Shown here: positions 19,290-30,367 of the stretch, piece after piece
Layout of the letters: each line of letters begins with the position of its first letter
How positions within the stretch are numbered: the first letter of the stretch is position 1
Assembly (NCBI GenBank): GCA_032128875.1
Contig: JAVLKG010000006.1
Span: forward strand, 128,001 to 192,000
Source: Candidatus Melainabacteria bacterium 17Bon1m
Lineage (GTDB): Bacteria; Cyanobacteriota; Vampirovibrionia; Obscuribacterales; Obscuribacteraceae
Direction: 5' to 3'
DNA: 64,000 nucleotides
Notes under the pieces: model-generated
Told to the model about the DNA's origin: nothing
The model's input: only the letters and a program-made list of their open reading frames with translations
The model's database searches: none
Made by a program: the position numbers and the translations under genes

Positions 19290-20861
19290 CTACTTTGTTT
19301 GGGAAGCTGATAGTTTTGAGTGACGGAATCCATAAAGCCAATAAAGCAACGCACCAATTCCCATCCAAACAACAAACCGCACCCAAGTGTTTATGGGTAG
19401 GCTGAGCATGAGCACGAAACACGAGATAATCCCCGCCCACGGAACGATTGGAACTAGAGGGCACTTGAAAGGTCTGACATGATCCGGATCTGTTTTGCGC
19501 AGGATGAGCACTCCTCCGCAAACGATGATGAAAGCTGCCAAAGTCCCAATATTCGTAAGCTCTGCGGCGAATCCGATGTCGATGAAGAGTGCTGCAAATC
19601 CCACCAGAATTCCCGTCAGGATGGTTGGTACAAACGGTGTTTTGTATTTTGGGTGCAGGTTGGAAAACATCTTCGGAAGTAAACCATCGCGCGACATAGC
19701 CATGAAGATACGTGGTTGGCCAAGTTGGAAAACTAGTAGTACGGATGTCATTCCTGCCAGCGCGCCGATAGAAACGAAGATATGTGCCCAGGGTTGCTTA
19801 GTTGCAGCAATTGCGGTGGCAACAGGTGCTGCATCGTTTGCATATGTCTGATATGGCAGAATGCCTGTTAAAACGAGAGAAACCGCTGCATATAGCACCG
19901 TGCATATCGCCAAACTGCCAAGCATGCCAATCGGCATATCTCTTTGAGGATTTTTGGTTTCTTCTGCTGTTGAACTTACTGCATCAAAGCCGATGAAGCT
20001 GAAGAAAACGATTGCCGCACCGCCCATGATACCGGCGAATCCGGTAGGCGCAAAAGGCTGCCAATTTTCCGGATGGACATAAGCCATTCCAAAGAGGACG
20101 AAGAAGATGACAACGCCTGTCTTGATGATGACCGCGACTGTATTCACCCACGAACTTTCTTGCACTCCGACGACAAGAACGTAAGTGATTAAAAGAACGA
20201 TGAGGAATGCCGGCACGTTCATCGCCAATGCTATGCCGCCAACAGTGGGCAGATCCATTGAGCTGTACATGTTAGCGATATTTGGATCGCTCTTTAGCGC
20301 TTCCAGCCGAACCATCGCAGTATGTGGGTCGCATGCCAGCCACAATGGCATTTTGTATCCCGTTATGCCCGTTAAAACGTTTTGGAAATAGTCCGACCAA
20401 CTGACCGCTACTGCGATGTTGCCGACCGCATATTCCAATATCAAGTCCCAGCCGATGATCCAGGCAACGAGCTCTCCCAGGGCAGCATAAGCGAATGTAT
20501 ATGCAGAACCGGAAACAGGAATCATCGCTGCCAACTCTGCGTAGCACATAGCCGCAAATCCACAAGCCAGCGCCGCGATTAGAAAGGAAATCACAATCGC
20601 AGGGCCGGCGCCGTCACGACCAAGGCTCGAGTGAAGCAGGAAATTTATAATCGGCGTAGACATGATGTCCTGGTGAACAGTCGCCTGTCCTGCCGCAGCT
20701 GTTCCGGTCAAGGCAAATATTCCGGAGCCGATTGTCGCGCCGACACCGAAGGCGATCAGGTCGAGCGCAGTGAGAGACTTCTTCAACTGATGGGCAGAAG
20801 ACTCGGCTTCTGAAATCAATTGACCCGGAGGTTTCGTGCGCAAAAGCTGAGCCAAAGACAA
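19290..20861 (-). CDS. APC-family amino acid permease
   Basis: GATIGSGIF, GPAIVISF, YAELAAMIPVSGSAY, EETKNPQRD; many TM helices. Confidence 0.95.
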   Translation of the reverse strand: MSLAQLLRTKPPGQLISEAESSAHQLKKSLTALDLIAFGVGATIGSGIFALTGTAAAGQATVHQDIMSTPIINFLLHSSLGRDGAGPAIVISFLIAALACGFAAMCYAELAAMIPVSGSAYTFAYAALGELVAWIIGWDLILEYAVGNIAVAVSWSDYFQNVLTGITGYKMPLWLACDPHTAMVRLEALKSDPNIANMYSSMDLPTVGGIALAMNVPAFLIVLLITYVLVVGVQESSWVNTVAVIIKTGVVIFFVLFGMAYVHPENWQPFAPTGFAGIMGGAAIVFFSFIGFDAVSSTAEETKNPQRDMPIGMLGSLAICTVLYAAVSLVLTGILPYQTYANDAAPVATAIAATKQPWAHIFVSIGALAGMTSVLLVFQLGQPRIFMAMSRDGLLPKMFSNLHPKYKTPFVPTILTGILVGFAALFIDIGFAAELTNIGTLAAFIIVCGGVLILRKTDPDHVRPFKCPLVPIVPWAGIISCFVLMLSLPINTWVRFVVWMGIGALLYWLYGFRHSKLSASQTK

Positions 20862-20931
20862 TGCTCAATCCCCTTACTTGCCGTGTTTCAAAAAGCAGTA
20901 GTTCTTTTAGAACCAATTGTGCTTCCAGAAT

Positions 20932-23900
20932 CTACTTAAGGGTCAATGTTACGGTCTTGGTTTCTGTGTTTCCAGCTTGATCGGTCACTTCGATGACAAA
21001 TTTGTGCTCGCCTGACTTTACATCGGTGATTTCGGCGCTCAGCCTGGCGGTTTGCGAATCCGCAGCTTCTTGCGTGCCGTCTGCGCCTATGCGCATCATC
21101 GCGAAAGGTGAGCCGTCGTCCATTTTGTATGTTGCGTTGGTGATTAGAGAGAGCTTGTCTTCAGCAGTGAGAATAAGCTGATAAACACCTTTCTCCTTGC
21201 TCTCAACTTTCACATCCGAAATTTGAGGTGGAGTGTTGTCGATTGTGATTGTGCCCCAGCGCTCGTTTTCCATGTAGCCACGCGGATTAGACAAACGATC
21301 ATCGAGTTTAACGCGCAGGACGTAATTGCCGTCCTTCTGTTTTGTAGTATCCCAATTGTAGGTAAACTGCTCGGTTGCAGACTCTGAATCACTTTGCGTG
21401 GCAGATTTTATGGCACTAAGAGCTTTAGCGAGAGTCGCCTCAGGACTCTCTTTAGCGTTTGCTTTGGTCTTCGTTTTATCCTTACTCGCATCTTTAGATT
21501 GCGCAGAGTCTTTTGTAGCATCTTTGGCCGAATCTTTATTAGCTTCTTTGTTCTGCGAATCTTTTGTCTGCGGATCCTTGCCTTGTGGTTCTTTCGCCTG
21601 TGGCTCTTTGTTCTGACCTTCTTTACCTTGAGCGTCTTTGTCAGGCGTTTCTTTTCCTTGCGGATCTTTCGCTTGCGGGCCTTTTACCGGCGGTGCTTTA
21701 GCTTGCGGCTCACGTTCTTCGCTCAGCTTGCTGCTTTGATTTGAGCTTGAATTCGACTTTGACTTTGAGCTCGACTTTGTTTTCTCTGAAGATTTGTCTT
21801 CGCCGTCACCAACCGGCTTATCATCTGACTTTCCATCTGACTCATTAGCGTCATCTGCCTTGTCTTTGCTCTTTTCCTGATCCTTATCCTTATCTCGGAT
21901 TTCGCCTTTGACTTCGCTCCTATCTTTGGAATCATTGGAAATCTTCGGATCTTTGGAATCTTTTTGATCTTTGGAATCCTTTGGATTTTTTGAATCCTTC
22001 GAGTCTTTGCTCGAATCCTTCTTCGATCTCAAGTCGGCGGCGAGCGTCTTCCAGGTTTTTCCGTCGTCGCTAGATAGTTCTAGCGAGAGCAACATATTAT
22101 CGTGATCGGGATCGTTACCGGTGATGGAGACATCTTGCTTGCCTGAGAGGTGCGCGCCTGCATTGACCGAGATACTGCTCATATAAGGTTGAGCATTTGT
22201 AGGTAAATAAGTCACGTCTACACGGCGAACAGTGTTGGGCTCGTAGCCTTTGCGTATGGTGACCGCTTTTCCATCGAGCGGCTTCCACTTCAGTCTGTAC
22301 TGCAGATACCTGCCTCGCGGAGACTTAATAGTGAAACCTTCGTTTGTCGATTCTGCTGCACTCCAGCTAGACCAGCTAGCATCGGGCTGACTGCTATTGC
22401 CGGTGCGAGTATCGACCGCAAGTCGGCTCAAAAGTTGCGGGTCCAGAGAGCTCAGACCACCGTAAGCAAGTAGTTTTGACCAGTTGGCTGGACGCTGCGC
22501 ATCGCGAATTTGCGAGTTATATGTTGCCTTCGCAGATGGTGCCAGGTCGAATTTTAGAACTCTTGGGAAATTGCTGGTTGCAGCAAACAAATGTCCGCGT
22601 CCATCCAGCGCCAGGGCTGAAACAGCTTCTTCTTGCGTATGTGCGACAGGCAAGAAATATGCGCGACCAGTAATCTCTTCTTGTTTTGCTTGCGTGATAT
22701 CGCCTTCCGCGTCTCCCGCAAAAACCGTGTCGCTGGCAGGGTCGTAGATGACTGAGTAAAATCCTTCACTCGTCGCCAGAGTTTCTGTTTCTCCGGAAGG
22801 TTTGACCTTGTAGAAATGACCGCTGCCTGACGTAGTTATATAGAGATTGCCTTTTGAATCTTTGACCGCGCCTGTGACTATGTGGTCGTTTGTTTGATAC
22901 TCAGCCCGCGCGTTGCCTGTACTGTCGATGCTGTAGACAGCGCCTTTCTCGGCCGTGCCTACATAGACGCGTTTGTCACTCTTTGAGAACCACAGCGAAG
23001 TAATGTGTGCTTGTCCTGAATCGAAAATGACGGAAGCTGATTTCTTAACCGCGTCGTAGAACCATACTTTGCCATCGGCAGCTACCCCTGCATAAACATT
23101 GTCACGGTCGTCTACGCACAAAGTTGTGACGGTATCACCACCGGTTTTGAATAAAACGTCGTGTTTGCTTCCGTTCGGCTTTATTGAAAGAACGCGGTCT
23201 CCGGGCGCGGCGGCCGCAAATACCGAGCCTTTGCTATCTACTGCAATTGCCGGGCAGAACGAGCAATCAAGGCTTGCCACGGACTCTGGTCCTGATGCTC
23301 CTTCTTTCCATGAATATATTCTGTTGTGTGCACTGAAGTAAACAGTACCATTGGTGCAGGCGGCGGACCAGATTTGCATCTCAGGTGCAACTGTACAACG
23401 TGCGGCTTCGTGGAAACCAGGCGAGAGTCGACCGCGACTATCTATAGAAACTTCTTCTGCTTTTCCGTTGCGGAAATCTTCTTCTGTGGCTTGCCTCCAA
23501 GCCAGAGCGGAGCGCATGTGTGGATATTGTTTGGCTGCTGAAAAACTTGTGGCGCTGCTGGATGAGTCACGTTTTTCAGAAGATGAAGAGCTGGAGGAAG
23601 AACCCGAAATGGCGCTGGCAATAGATGATGCAAGCGAGCTTGCACTTGATGAAGAGCTTGATGATGAGCTGCTGTCAGACTTGCGCGACTGTCCGGCATC
23701 CAAAACTTTTCGTGCTTGGTCGGTCATATAAATGCCGTCTTGCGACGAGTGAGAATTGGTTGGATTGACTGTGTAAAACGGCGAATGCGCCATCGCTTTT
23801 TCTTTGCGCTCGACCGTCAAAGCCAAAAGGTGCATACCATCGAGAAGCCAGGGTTCAGAGGCCTTTGCCCTTACTTCACCTTTGACGATTTGAGGACCTT

Positions 23901-25938
23901 TTGTATAACGATCCGAGAAAAACAGCTTCAGCCAGTTTGCCGGTGGCGAGACAATACGCCTACCGTCAAGAAATAGAGATTGCTCCGGCAAAGCCAGAAC
24001 CGCTTCAAGAACATTGCCCTGCCCTTGTTCTCGAATTCTGTTCGCTACTTGGTTTAGGTTTTCCGGCTGAGGATCGACGACTCCCATGCGTTTTCTCAAT
24101 TGGTCAATTTGATCGCCAGGTCCTACACCGAGCAGCAAGTTGCCATCCGGAATGTCACGAGGAACTTTAAGCGCCAGTTCGCGCGTAACGCGTGGTTTGT
24201 TGTACGGACGCAGTACGGCAGTTACCTTTACTGTTTCGCCTGGTTCTACCTTTTGTTTGTCGAGTGAGATTCGCTCCAATCTAGCTGTGTCGTGTCCATC
24301 GTCCAAAACAATGTTGAGATTTACGCCCTTGATTTGTGCCTTCTCGAAGTCGTTGTTTACGATTCTTGTCAGCACGCTCAGAAAAGAAACCCCTGTAGAA
24401 TCGCCGCCTCCCTTCATTTTGAAGCTTGAGTCGACCGGTCCATGCACGGCGAAATTTCCGGCGAATTTGTCGTGACGTTCAATGACTCCGACTTTGTCGG
24501 TAGTGACCTTACTGTCCACCGTCACTACGTACGGAGAGGTCGATTGGTGTGTTGTATCAATTGCCGACATAGCCGTGCTGGCAAGCAATTCAGGGGTCAG
24601 ATCCGCGTGATTGATAACGTTGAGATGGAAGGTCTTTTTGACACCGCGTGTTCTGTCAGTGACTGTGTAAGTGGCCGGAATCATTTTTGATTGACGTCCC
24701 AGCTCGCCGCCGATGGCCCATGGTCTGTCGTTCGTAACGCTGCCTACAATTTTGACGGGCGATGCCACTTTAAAGGAGACTGCCAAGTTGGGTAAAACCT
24801 GGTGAATATAGGCGGTTGCCATTGGAAAGTCGACGGGACCTGCTTGCATAAAAGGATGACCAAAGGCCAGGACGTTGCCACCAAATGTGGTGGTCGCAGT
24901 GCCTGTCGCCGACGCTGAAAAATCACCTGTGACAAGGAGTACACTCACCGCTCCACCGGGTTTTATAGTGTCGCTGGAAGTGCCCTTATCGCCCGAAGAG
25001 TTTTTATCGCCAGAACCCACTTTGTCTCCAGAAAGGACCTTACCGCCGGCTGACCTTTTCTCAATAGAAGAATCTGAACTCTCGTCGCTGTCTAAGGTTT
25101 CATCAATCGCCCCGGCAGTGCCAGCTGAAACGGACATGCCGAAATTCTTGAAGTGCTCTCCGAGATATTCCTGAGCGCCGCTGGAGAATCCGGAGAGAGA
25201 AATTGGTGCGATAAGCGGAATCATTCGAGTGCCGCCACCGGAAGTAGTGGTTATGCCGCCGTTCAATCCCGCTGCAGTGTCAACTGATGTGCCGCTTGTT
25301 CCTTTGAAAATTCCGCTTTCGGCGCCCATTGAAGGAAGGGATCGATAGCCAATGTGTCCGCGACCGGAAGATCCGTCATCAACCCTTTTATCTGGAGTCA
25401 GCGCGTCCAGCATATCTGTGATTGGAGTCAGACCGACGATGGGCTCTCGTGAAAAATCAAAACCATACGAAACGGCTCCTACAAGTTTTCCGTTGATATA
25501 AACTGGACTTCCGGACATACCACGGATGACGGTGTTCTTGCCCATTAATGGTCCGGAAAGGCGCACCATGACTGCGTCACGACCGCTCAAGACTTTCTTC
25601 ACCACACCAATGACTGTCACGTCAAATCGTTCGATTTTGTTGCCTTGAAATACAGTCAAACCGTATCCCTGCATCCCTGGCTTCAATTCTGAAAGCGGCA
25701 TATACTGTCCAGCTTTCAGCCACTTACTTATGTATTCTGTTTCTCTTGGATCAAGAAAACTATCATCGCGCAATATCGCAGGAGCTGCGGAGGGCTCTGT
25801 CTGCACTAGTTTGACTGGCTCTTCTTGCGCGAAGACCGAAAGGTACAAAGACTGTGAGTAAACGAGCGAAACTAGAAATGCTGTTACGCGCTTCGATTTA
25901 GCTGCAAATCCAAACAAGTTTCTCTCCGTGGTACGCAT
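20932..25938 (-). CDS. Giant secreted SpoIVB/S55 peptidase fused to beta-propeller-like repeats, a charged linker and an Ig/FN3-like tail
   Basis: LKPGMQGYGLTVFQG, GMSGSPVYINGKLVGAVSYG, LAFGHPF; D-x-x-G-x-Y/F blade repeats; DNTPPQI...DQAGN. Confidence 0.85.
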   Translation of the reverse strand: MRTTERNLFGFAAKSKRVTAFLVSLVYSQSLYLSVFAQEEPVKLVQTEPSAAPAILRDDSFLDPRETEYISKWLKAGQYMPLSELKPGMQGYGLTVFQGNKIERFDVTVIGVVKKVLSGRDAVMVRLSGPLMGKNTVIRGMSGSPVYINGKLVGAVSYGFDFSREPIVGLTPITDMLDALTPDKRVDDGSSGRGHIGYRSLPSMGAESGIFKGTSGTSVDTAAGLNGGITTTSGGGTRMIPLIAPISLSGFSSGAQEYLGEHFKNFGMSVSAGTAGAIDETLDSDESSDSSIEKRSAGGKVLSGDKVGSGDKNSSGDKGTSSDTIKPGGAVSVLLVTGDFSASATGTATTTFGGNVLAFGHPFMQAGPVDFPMATAYIHQVLPNLAVSFKVASPVKIVGSVTNDRPWAIGGELGRQSKMIPATYTVTDRTRGVKKTFHLNVINHADLTPELLASTAMSAIDTTHQSTSPYVVTVDSKVTTDKVGVIERHDKFAGNFAVHGPVDSSFKMKGGGDSTGVSFLSVLTRIVNNDFEKAQIKGVNLNIVLDDGHDTARLERISLDKQKVEPGETVKVTAVLRPYNKPRVTRELALKVPRDIPDGNLLLGVGPGDQIDQLRKRMGVVDPQPENLNQVANRIREQGQGNVLEAVLALPEQSLFLDGRRIVSPPANWLKLFFSDRYTKGPQIVKGEVRAKASEPWLLDGMHLLALTVERKEKAMAHSPFYTVNPTNSHSSQDGIYMTDQARKVLDAGQSRKSDSSSSSSSSSSASSLASSIASAISGSSSSSSSSEKRDSSSSATSFSAAKQYPHMRSALAWRQATEEDFRNGKAEEVSIDSRGRLSPGFHEAARCTVAPEMQIWSAACTNGTVYFSAHNRIYSWKEGASGPESVASLDCSFCPAIAVDSKGSVFAAAAPGDRVLSIKPNGSKHDVLFKTGGDTVTTLCVDDRDNVYAGVAADGKVWFYDAVKKSASVIFDSGQAHITSLWFSKSDKRVYVGTAEKGAVYSIDSTGNARAEYQTNDHIVTGAVKDSKGNLYITTSGSGHFYKVKPSGETETLATSEGFYSVIYDPASDTVFAGDAEGDITQAKQEEITGRAYFLPVAHTQEEAVSALALDGRGHLFAATSNFPRVLKFDLAPSAKATYNSQIRDAQRPANWSKLLAYGGLSSLDPQLLSRLAVDTRTGNSSQPDASWSSWSAAESTNEGFTIKSPRGRYLQYRLKWKPLDGKAVTIRKGYEPNTVRRVDVTYLPTNAQPYMSSISVNAGAHLSGKQDVSITGNDPDHDNMLLSLELSSDDGKTWKTLAADLRSKKDSSKDSKDSKNPKDSKDQKDSKDPKISNDSKDRSEVKGEIRDKDKDQEKSKDKADDANESDGKSDDKPVGDGEDKSSEKTKSSSKSKSNSSSNQSSKLSEEREPQAKAPPVKGPQAKDPQGKETPDKDAQGKEGQNKEPQAKEPQGKDPQTKDSQNKEANKDSAKDATKDSAQSKDASKDKTKTKANAKESPEATLAKALSAIKSATQSDSESATEQFTYNWDTTKQKDGNYVLRVKLDDRLSNPRGYMENERWGTITIDNTPPQISDVKVESKEKGVYQLILTAEDKLSLITNATYKMDDGSPFAMMRIGADGTQEAADSQTARLSAEITDVKSGEHKFVIEVTDQAGNTETKTVTLTLK

Positions 25939-26244
25939 GATGCCCCTTCATGAGAGGCGCGCGTTACGAACTCGGTAACTCAAACGACTTGAGACTCAAT
26001 CTAGATTCTAGGGCTTTTTTCAAGTTCTTGCTAACATTCGTTCCCCTTAGCTCTTGCTCCTAGACGGCAAATTGGGGCTAACAAGGCAAACTGCAAGAAA
26101 AATCCTGATTTGCACTGCAAGCCGGATGATAAACCAAGCTGATAAAATTCAACGATTGGCTTTAGAGCAGAAGGCATCTGACCTGCATACTCTAGATCTG
26201 AGTACAACGGAGATTTAGGCACTAGGAGTGGAGGCACAAATATA

Positions 26245-27114
26245 ATGCTCAAGGCGGGTTCGATCGCCATTGGACTGGCGTCCCTGGCTCTTATGCCTGT
26301 TGTCGCTCTGGCGCAAGGGTCTCCTGTCCCGGGACAGAACAATAGCTACATGTCGCCGCAGGGCTCATATGGCAGTCCATCGAGTCCATCAAGTTCTGCC
26401 GGTTATGGACAAGCTCCTGTTCCTGGCGCTGCGCCCAATCAGTATCTTATTAATTCCGGAGCCTCTGGTTCGCCCAGTGCCTCCTCTGCGAAAGCAGGAA
26501 AGGGTGCCTATTCCAAACTGCCGCTCAATGTCGACGATGCCAAAGTGAGAATTGCCGAACTGCGCAATTTATTGGCGGTGAGCAGTGCCAAAGAGGTTCA
26601 AGATTCAGTATTTCAATTGTGCGAGTGGCTGTCTGACATGGCTGACGCGCACTGGAAGCTGAGTTTGGCACTGGGCAAGAATGATTCTATGAAAGCTGCG
26701 GCGGCACAAGAAAAGCAGTCCGCAGTAAAGTTTTCTTCGTTGAAACACGAGGCGGGGCTTCTCAAAGCAGAGATTTTCATCAAACAAAATCGTTTGCCTG
26801 AGGCACTCGGACCGCTCGTGGACATTGTTGTTGCCGAGCCCAAGTCTGTTATCGGTCAGGCAGCTTACGAGAAATTGAAAGAGATAGGATTTGCTGAAGA
26901 GGCGACTGGCGCTGGTTATCAGCCTGCGGAGCGCAGGGCGGAAAAGTCCACAGCTGCTGTGCCCGCGGCTCCTGCATTGAAACCAGTCGGCTACGAACTC
27001 AAGTCGGTAATTCCGGCTATGAAGAGCGTGCCTTCATTCAAGCCCGTAGCGCCTCTCAAGACTGTGGGTGCCGACCCTGTGAAGCGCACGGCGCAAGTTA
27101 CAAAAACGCGATAA
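26245..27114 (+). CDS. Secreted hypothetical protein with TPR-like helical segment
   Basis: Signal peptide (ALA-Q); GGAGG RBS. Confidence 0.7.
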   Translation: MLKAGSIAIGLASLALMPVVALAQGSPVPGQNNSYMSPQGSYGSPSSPSSSAGYGQAPVPGAAPNQYLINSGASGSPSASSAKAGKGAYSKLPLNVDDAKVRIAELRNLLAVSSAKEVQDSVFQLCEWLSDMADAHWKLSLALGKNDSMKAAAAQEKQSAVKFSSLKHEAGLLKAEIFIKQNRLPEALGPLVDIVVAEPKSVIGQAAYEKLKEIGFAEEATGAGYQPAERRAEKSTAAVPAAPALKPVGYELKSVIPAMKSVPSFKPVAPLKTVGADPVKRTAQVTKTR

Positions 27115-27232
27115 AAAACTTTTGTGCTTCTGAGCGTATTAGTATAGAATCTGCTTTATAAATCGTATTTAAGAATTGCTGTCCAATTCGGGTACGAGTA
27201 TCGAGTGTGGATCTTCCGTAAGGAGGCAATAG

Positions 27233-27952
27233 ATGTCGACCGGTGTTTTTTCATGTAAGAGCCTGACTGTTTCCCTGTTTGCTTTGGGGGCGGTGGCCTT
27301 GGTCAATCTTGCTGCCACACCGCAAGCCGGTGCTGCTGAACCTTTCAAGTTGGGCGCTGAGCAAAAACAGTACAACAGCGACTCCAGTTATCCCGCCTAT
27401 CCTCAGTATCCGACGCCTCAAGCAATGCCGGCTCCGCGTCCGATGAACGCCGGCGTTCAAGAGAATGCGGCTCCGCGCCGCCCGCCAATGAATGCGGGCA
27501 TTCAGCAGAATGCTGCACCTCCGCGCCGTCCACCAATGCAGCTGCAGGCTCAGACAAGGGTGGTTTTGCCCGCTAGTTTCCTGGGTTCGTGGAATGTCAG
27601 CGGTCAGCGCACCAAGGTTGAGGCTTTGCCAGAGTTTCAAGCCGGGGCTGAAGCCGTTTTCTCGCCAAGTACCAGCAACGTCTGGAATATTGGCGGCGAT
27701 CCGAATTCTGGATACAGCATGAGCAATGACCAGGGTGTATCGACTCAATTGGTTGTTGATAAGGTCGAAGGCAATACTGCATTCATCAGATACCAGCATC
27801 CTGTTAAGAACACCGTTGCCGGTGAGGCAATCGTGATGAGCCTTGTGCCTGGTGGTGCTCAATTTAATGGTTTAGAGCGCATAACAATATCAAAACAAGG
27901 GGAGCAGCGCGCTAAAGTTACATATCAATTGGTAGGGCGTCGCGGACGATGA
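27233..27952 (+). CDS. Secreted hypothetical protein with short internal repeat PMNAG(V/I)Q(E/Q)NAAP
   Basis: Signal peptide; AGGAGG RBS. Confidence 0.7.
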   Translation: MSTGVFSCKSLTVSLFALGAVALVNLAATPQAGAAEPFKLGAEQKQYNSDSSYPAYPQYPTPQAMPAPRPMNAGVQENAAPRRPPMNAGIQQNAAPPRRPPMQLQAQTRVVLPASFLGSWNVSGQRTKVEALPEFQAGAEAVFSPSTSNVWNIGGDPNSGYSMSNDQGVSTQLVVDKVEGNTAFIRYQHPVKNTVAGEAIVMSLVPGGAQFNGLERITISKQGEQRAKVTYQLVGRRGR

Positions 27953-28001
27953 TTAGGTGACCCCAGACCAATAACAATGTGGTCTGTGAAAGGTTGCTAT
28001 C

Positions 28002-28814
28002 ATGTGGAATCCCCGTCAAATCAGTACTCTTGGGCTATGCCTGGTTACCGCGGTATGGGCTTTTAGCTCTCCCTGCGCGGGTCAAGAAGGCGTTGAACTG
28101 AAGCCGCCCATTGATAGAAACGCTGCGAGTCCTGATGTGCCGGCGCATGTCCAGAGTTCGGACAAGCTGCAGGAGCCTTTCCCTGCGCACACAGACACAG
28201 ATGGTGCGCATTCGACTGAAGGTCGTCCCCTGTTGCGTGGAGCTGCCGAAGCTGCTTCGGTTAACGGTCATGCACGCTTGCTAGCAACCACGCCATTGAC
28301 GCATCACCGCGATCGCTCAGTGCATTTCATCGAGTTGAACATCAAAAATATCAGCGACCAGGTTGTTGTCATTGATGCAAACCAGGCGGAAGTCAGGCTG
28401 AATGGGCAAGTCTTTAAGCCATGCGATGCAAAAGAACTGGAACATGATGCGCAGTCGACTCTGTCACTGGGCGGAAAGCTCGCTGTAGCCGGTGTTACAG
28501 CTGCATCTCTTGGATTGGCTGGTGACATTTTCTATGAATTCATCACGCCTGGTCAAAACAGAAAGCGCGATCTGGGCGTTGCTCTGGGGCGTGACGGCAC
28601 TCGCCATGAAGTGGAAGTTGAGAATTTCGGCAAGCGGGTTCTCATGCCTGGTGATGAAACCCAAGGATGGCTGGGCTTCGATGCAGATACGTTGCCGCAA
28701 GTCGAATCTATTCGTGTACCAATTTCCTACATGCCACCGTCCTTGCCATCGGCTGTGCTGACGGTTTCTGTTGATAAACCCGCGCGCAAGATATTGCCGT
28801 CGCAGGGCAACTGA
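28002..28814 (+). CDS. Secreted hypothetical protein
   Basis: Signal-like N-terminus; co-oriented with neighbours. Confidence 0.65.
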   Translation: MWNPRQISTLGLCLVTAVWAFSSPCAGQEGVELKPPIDRNAASPDVPAHVQSSDKLQEPFPAHTDTDGAHSTEGRPLLRGAAEAASVNGHARLLATTPLTHHRDRSVHFIELNIKNISDQVVVIDANQAEVRLNGQVFKPCDAKELEHDAQSTLSLGGKLAVAGVTAASLGLAGDIFYEFITPGQNRKRDLGVALGRDGTRHEVEVENFGKRVLMPGDETQGWLGFDADTLPQVESIRVPISYMPPSLPSAVLTVSVDKPARKILPSQGN

Positions 28815-28932
28815 CGGTCTTCTGCGAATTTTCGCAACCAATCACTAAGTGAAACTTGAGAATAAGGCTTAATCCAAGCTAACTGCGCTAGAATCACTAG
28901 CGTTTTCACAGTAATTAGGAGTTGCCAAGCGA

Positions 28933-29550
28933 ATGCTTACATTTAGTGGCCGCGATAATGGTCTCGGAAAAGTAGTACTGTCAGTGGTGGCAGCAATGCT
29001 TTGCCTGATGACCAGCATCTGTTTTACAAGCTCAGCAAACGCAATTGAACCTAAGTCTGCCGCTGGCAAGAAGGGAAAAATGACAGAACCAGTAGTTGTG
29101 ATGGAAACCACAAAGGGAACCATCAAAATCCAATTGTTCACAAACGAAGTCCCAACAACCGCAAATAACTTCCAAAACCTGGTATCCAAAGGTTTCTACA
29201 ACGGACTCACCTTCCACAGATACGAGCCTGGATTCGTAATTCAAGGCGGCGACCCCAAAGGTGATGGCACCGGCGGTTACATCGATCCAGCTACCAAGCA
29301 AGAGCACCGCATTCCTTTGGAAGTGAAGCCGAGCTTGAAGCACGACCAAGCTGGCGTTGTGGCGATGGCCAGAGCCAATGACCCCAATTCCGCAAGCTGC
29401 CAGTTCTACATCACGCTCGCACCAGCTTCTTTCCTCGACATGAACTACGCTGTATTCGGCAAAGTCATCGACGGATTGCAGGTCGTCAGCCAATTGCGCA
29501 AGGGCGACAAGATGACCAAAGTGAGCATGCTCGAAACCGCTAACAAGTAA
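28933..29550 (+). CDS. Cyclophilin-type peptidyl-prolyl isomerase with signal-like N-terminus
   Basis: [10 protein letters not shown]...[32 protein letters not shown]. Confidence 0.95.
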   Translation: MLTFSGRDNGLGKVVLSVVAAMLCLMTSICFTSSANAIEPKSAAGKKGKMTEPVVVMETTKGTIKIQLFTNEVPTTANNFQNLVSKGFYNGLTFHRYEPGFVIQGGDPKGDGTGGYIDPATKQEHRIPLEVKPSLKHDQAGVVAMARANDPNSASCQFYITLAPASFLDMNYAVFGKVIDGLQVVSQLRKGDKMTKVSMLETANK

Positions 29551-29585
29551 GCGTTCGAACATCACACAGTAAGAGCAATAAATAG

Positions 29586-29613
29586 AAGGGAGACGAATTT
29601 CGTCTCCCTTTTT
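29586..29613 (+). terminator. Rho-independent terminator
   Basis: AAGGGAGACGAA/TTCGTCTCCCTT then T run. Confidence 0.85.
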
Positions 29614-29827
29614 CTTCATCTCATTCTCATTCCTATTCATCTTCCTATTCATCATCATCTTGTTCTTGTTCTTTTTCTTTGCAAGAAATCCAATCGCCCA
29701 AGTTTTTTCACACAATAAAATGAAGATGTTCCCGCCGCTCAACAATTTTGAAAGTGTTGAGCCGTAAAAGAGTGGACTGATGATTTGCCGTAGGCTGTTG
29801 CTTAAGTCAAGGAGGACTTAACTAGCT

Positions 29828-30250
29828 ATGCGCAAACAAATAGTATTGATGGCGATTCTGGCGATGCAGGTTGTGCCTGCGTATGCAAAAGATGGAGTAA
29901 CTCCGTCACCACAAGATGTAGCTGAAGACCACATCAAGCAGACAGCTCTTATTCCATTCAAGCTGGCGTCCTTCGCAAGCGGCGTAGTAATCGGCACCCC
30001 GATTGCGATTGCGCGCTGTGAAGCGAAGAGAATGGATATGTATGCGACGAGTTTTGCAAAAGAATTCGAGCGCAACGACTACTGGGTAACTCCAACGATG
30101 GCAGCATCGATTCCTGGACAGACTTTGCGCGTTGCAGGAACTATTGGAGAAGGCGTTCTGAACGGCGTAGGCAATGCATTAACCGGCAGCGTGAAAGAAC
30201 CCTTCTCGGAAGATGTCTACAGCTTGAAGAAGCTGGAAACATTGGACTAA
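29828..30250 (+). CDS. Secreted hypothetical protein
   Basis: Signal peptide (AYA-K); AGGAGG RBS. Confidence 0.7.
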   Translation: MRKQIVLMAILAMQVVPAYAKDGVTPSPQDVAEDHIKQTALIPFKLASFASGVVIGTPIAIARCEAKRMDMYATSFAKEFERNDYWVTPTMAASIPGQTLRVAGTIGEGVLNGVGNALTGSVKEPFSEDVYSLKKLETLD

Positions 30251-30367
30251 CTTTTAGCCCCTCAACTCACAATTTACTCCGAGGGCAAACTGGAAAGGGC
30301 GATGCAAACTTGCATCGCCCTCCAGAGCTTAATTTGTCTAGTTTCATGCGCCGCTGTCTGGAACGCA

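Noticed and set aside
29612-29680. Low-complexity TTC/ATC tract and antisense ORF 29032-29745
   Set aside because: Degenerate simple sequence after a terminator; the ORF is antisense to the cyclophilin
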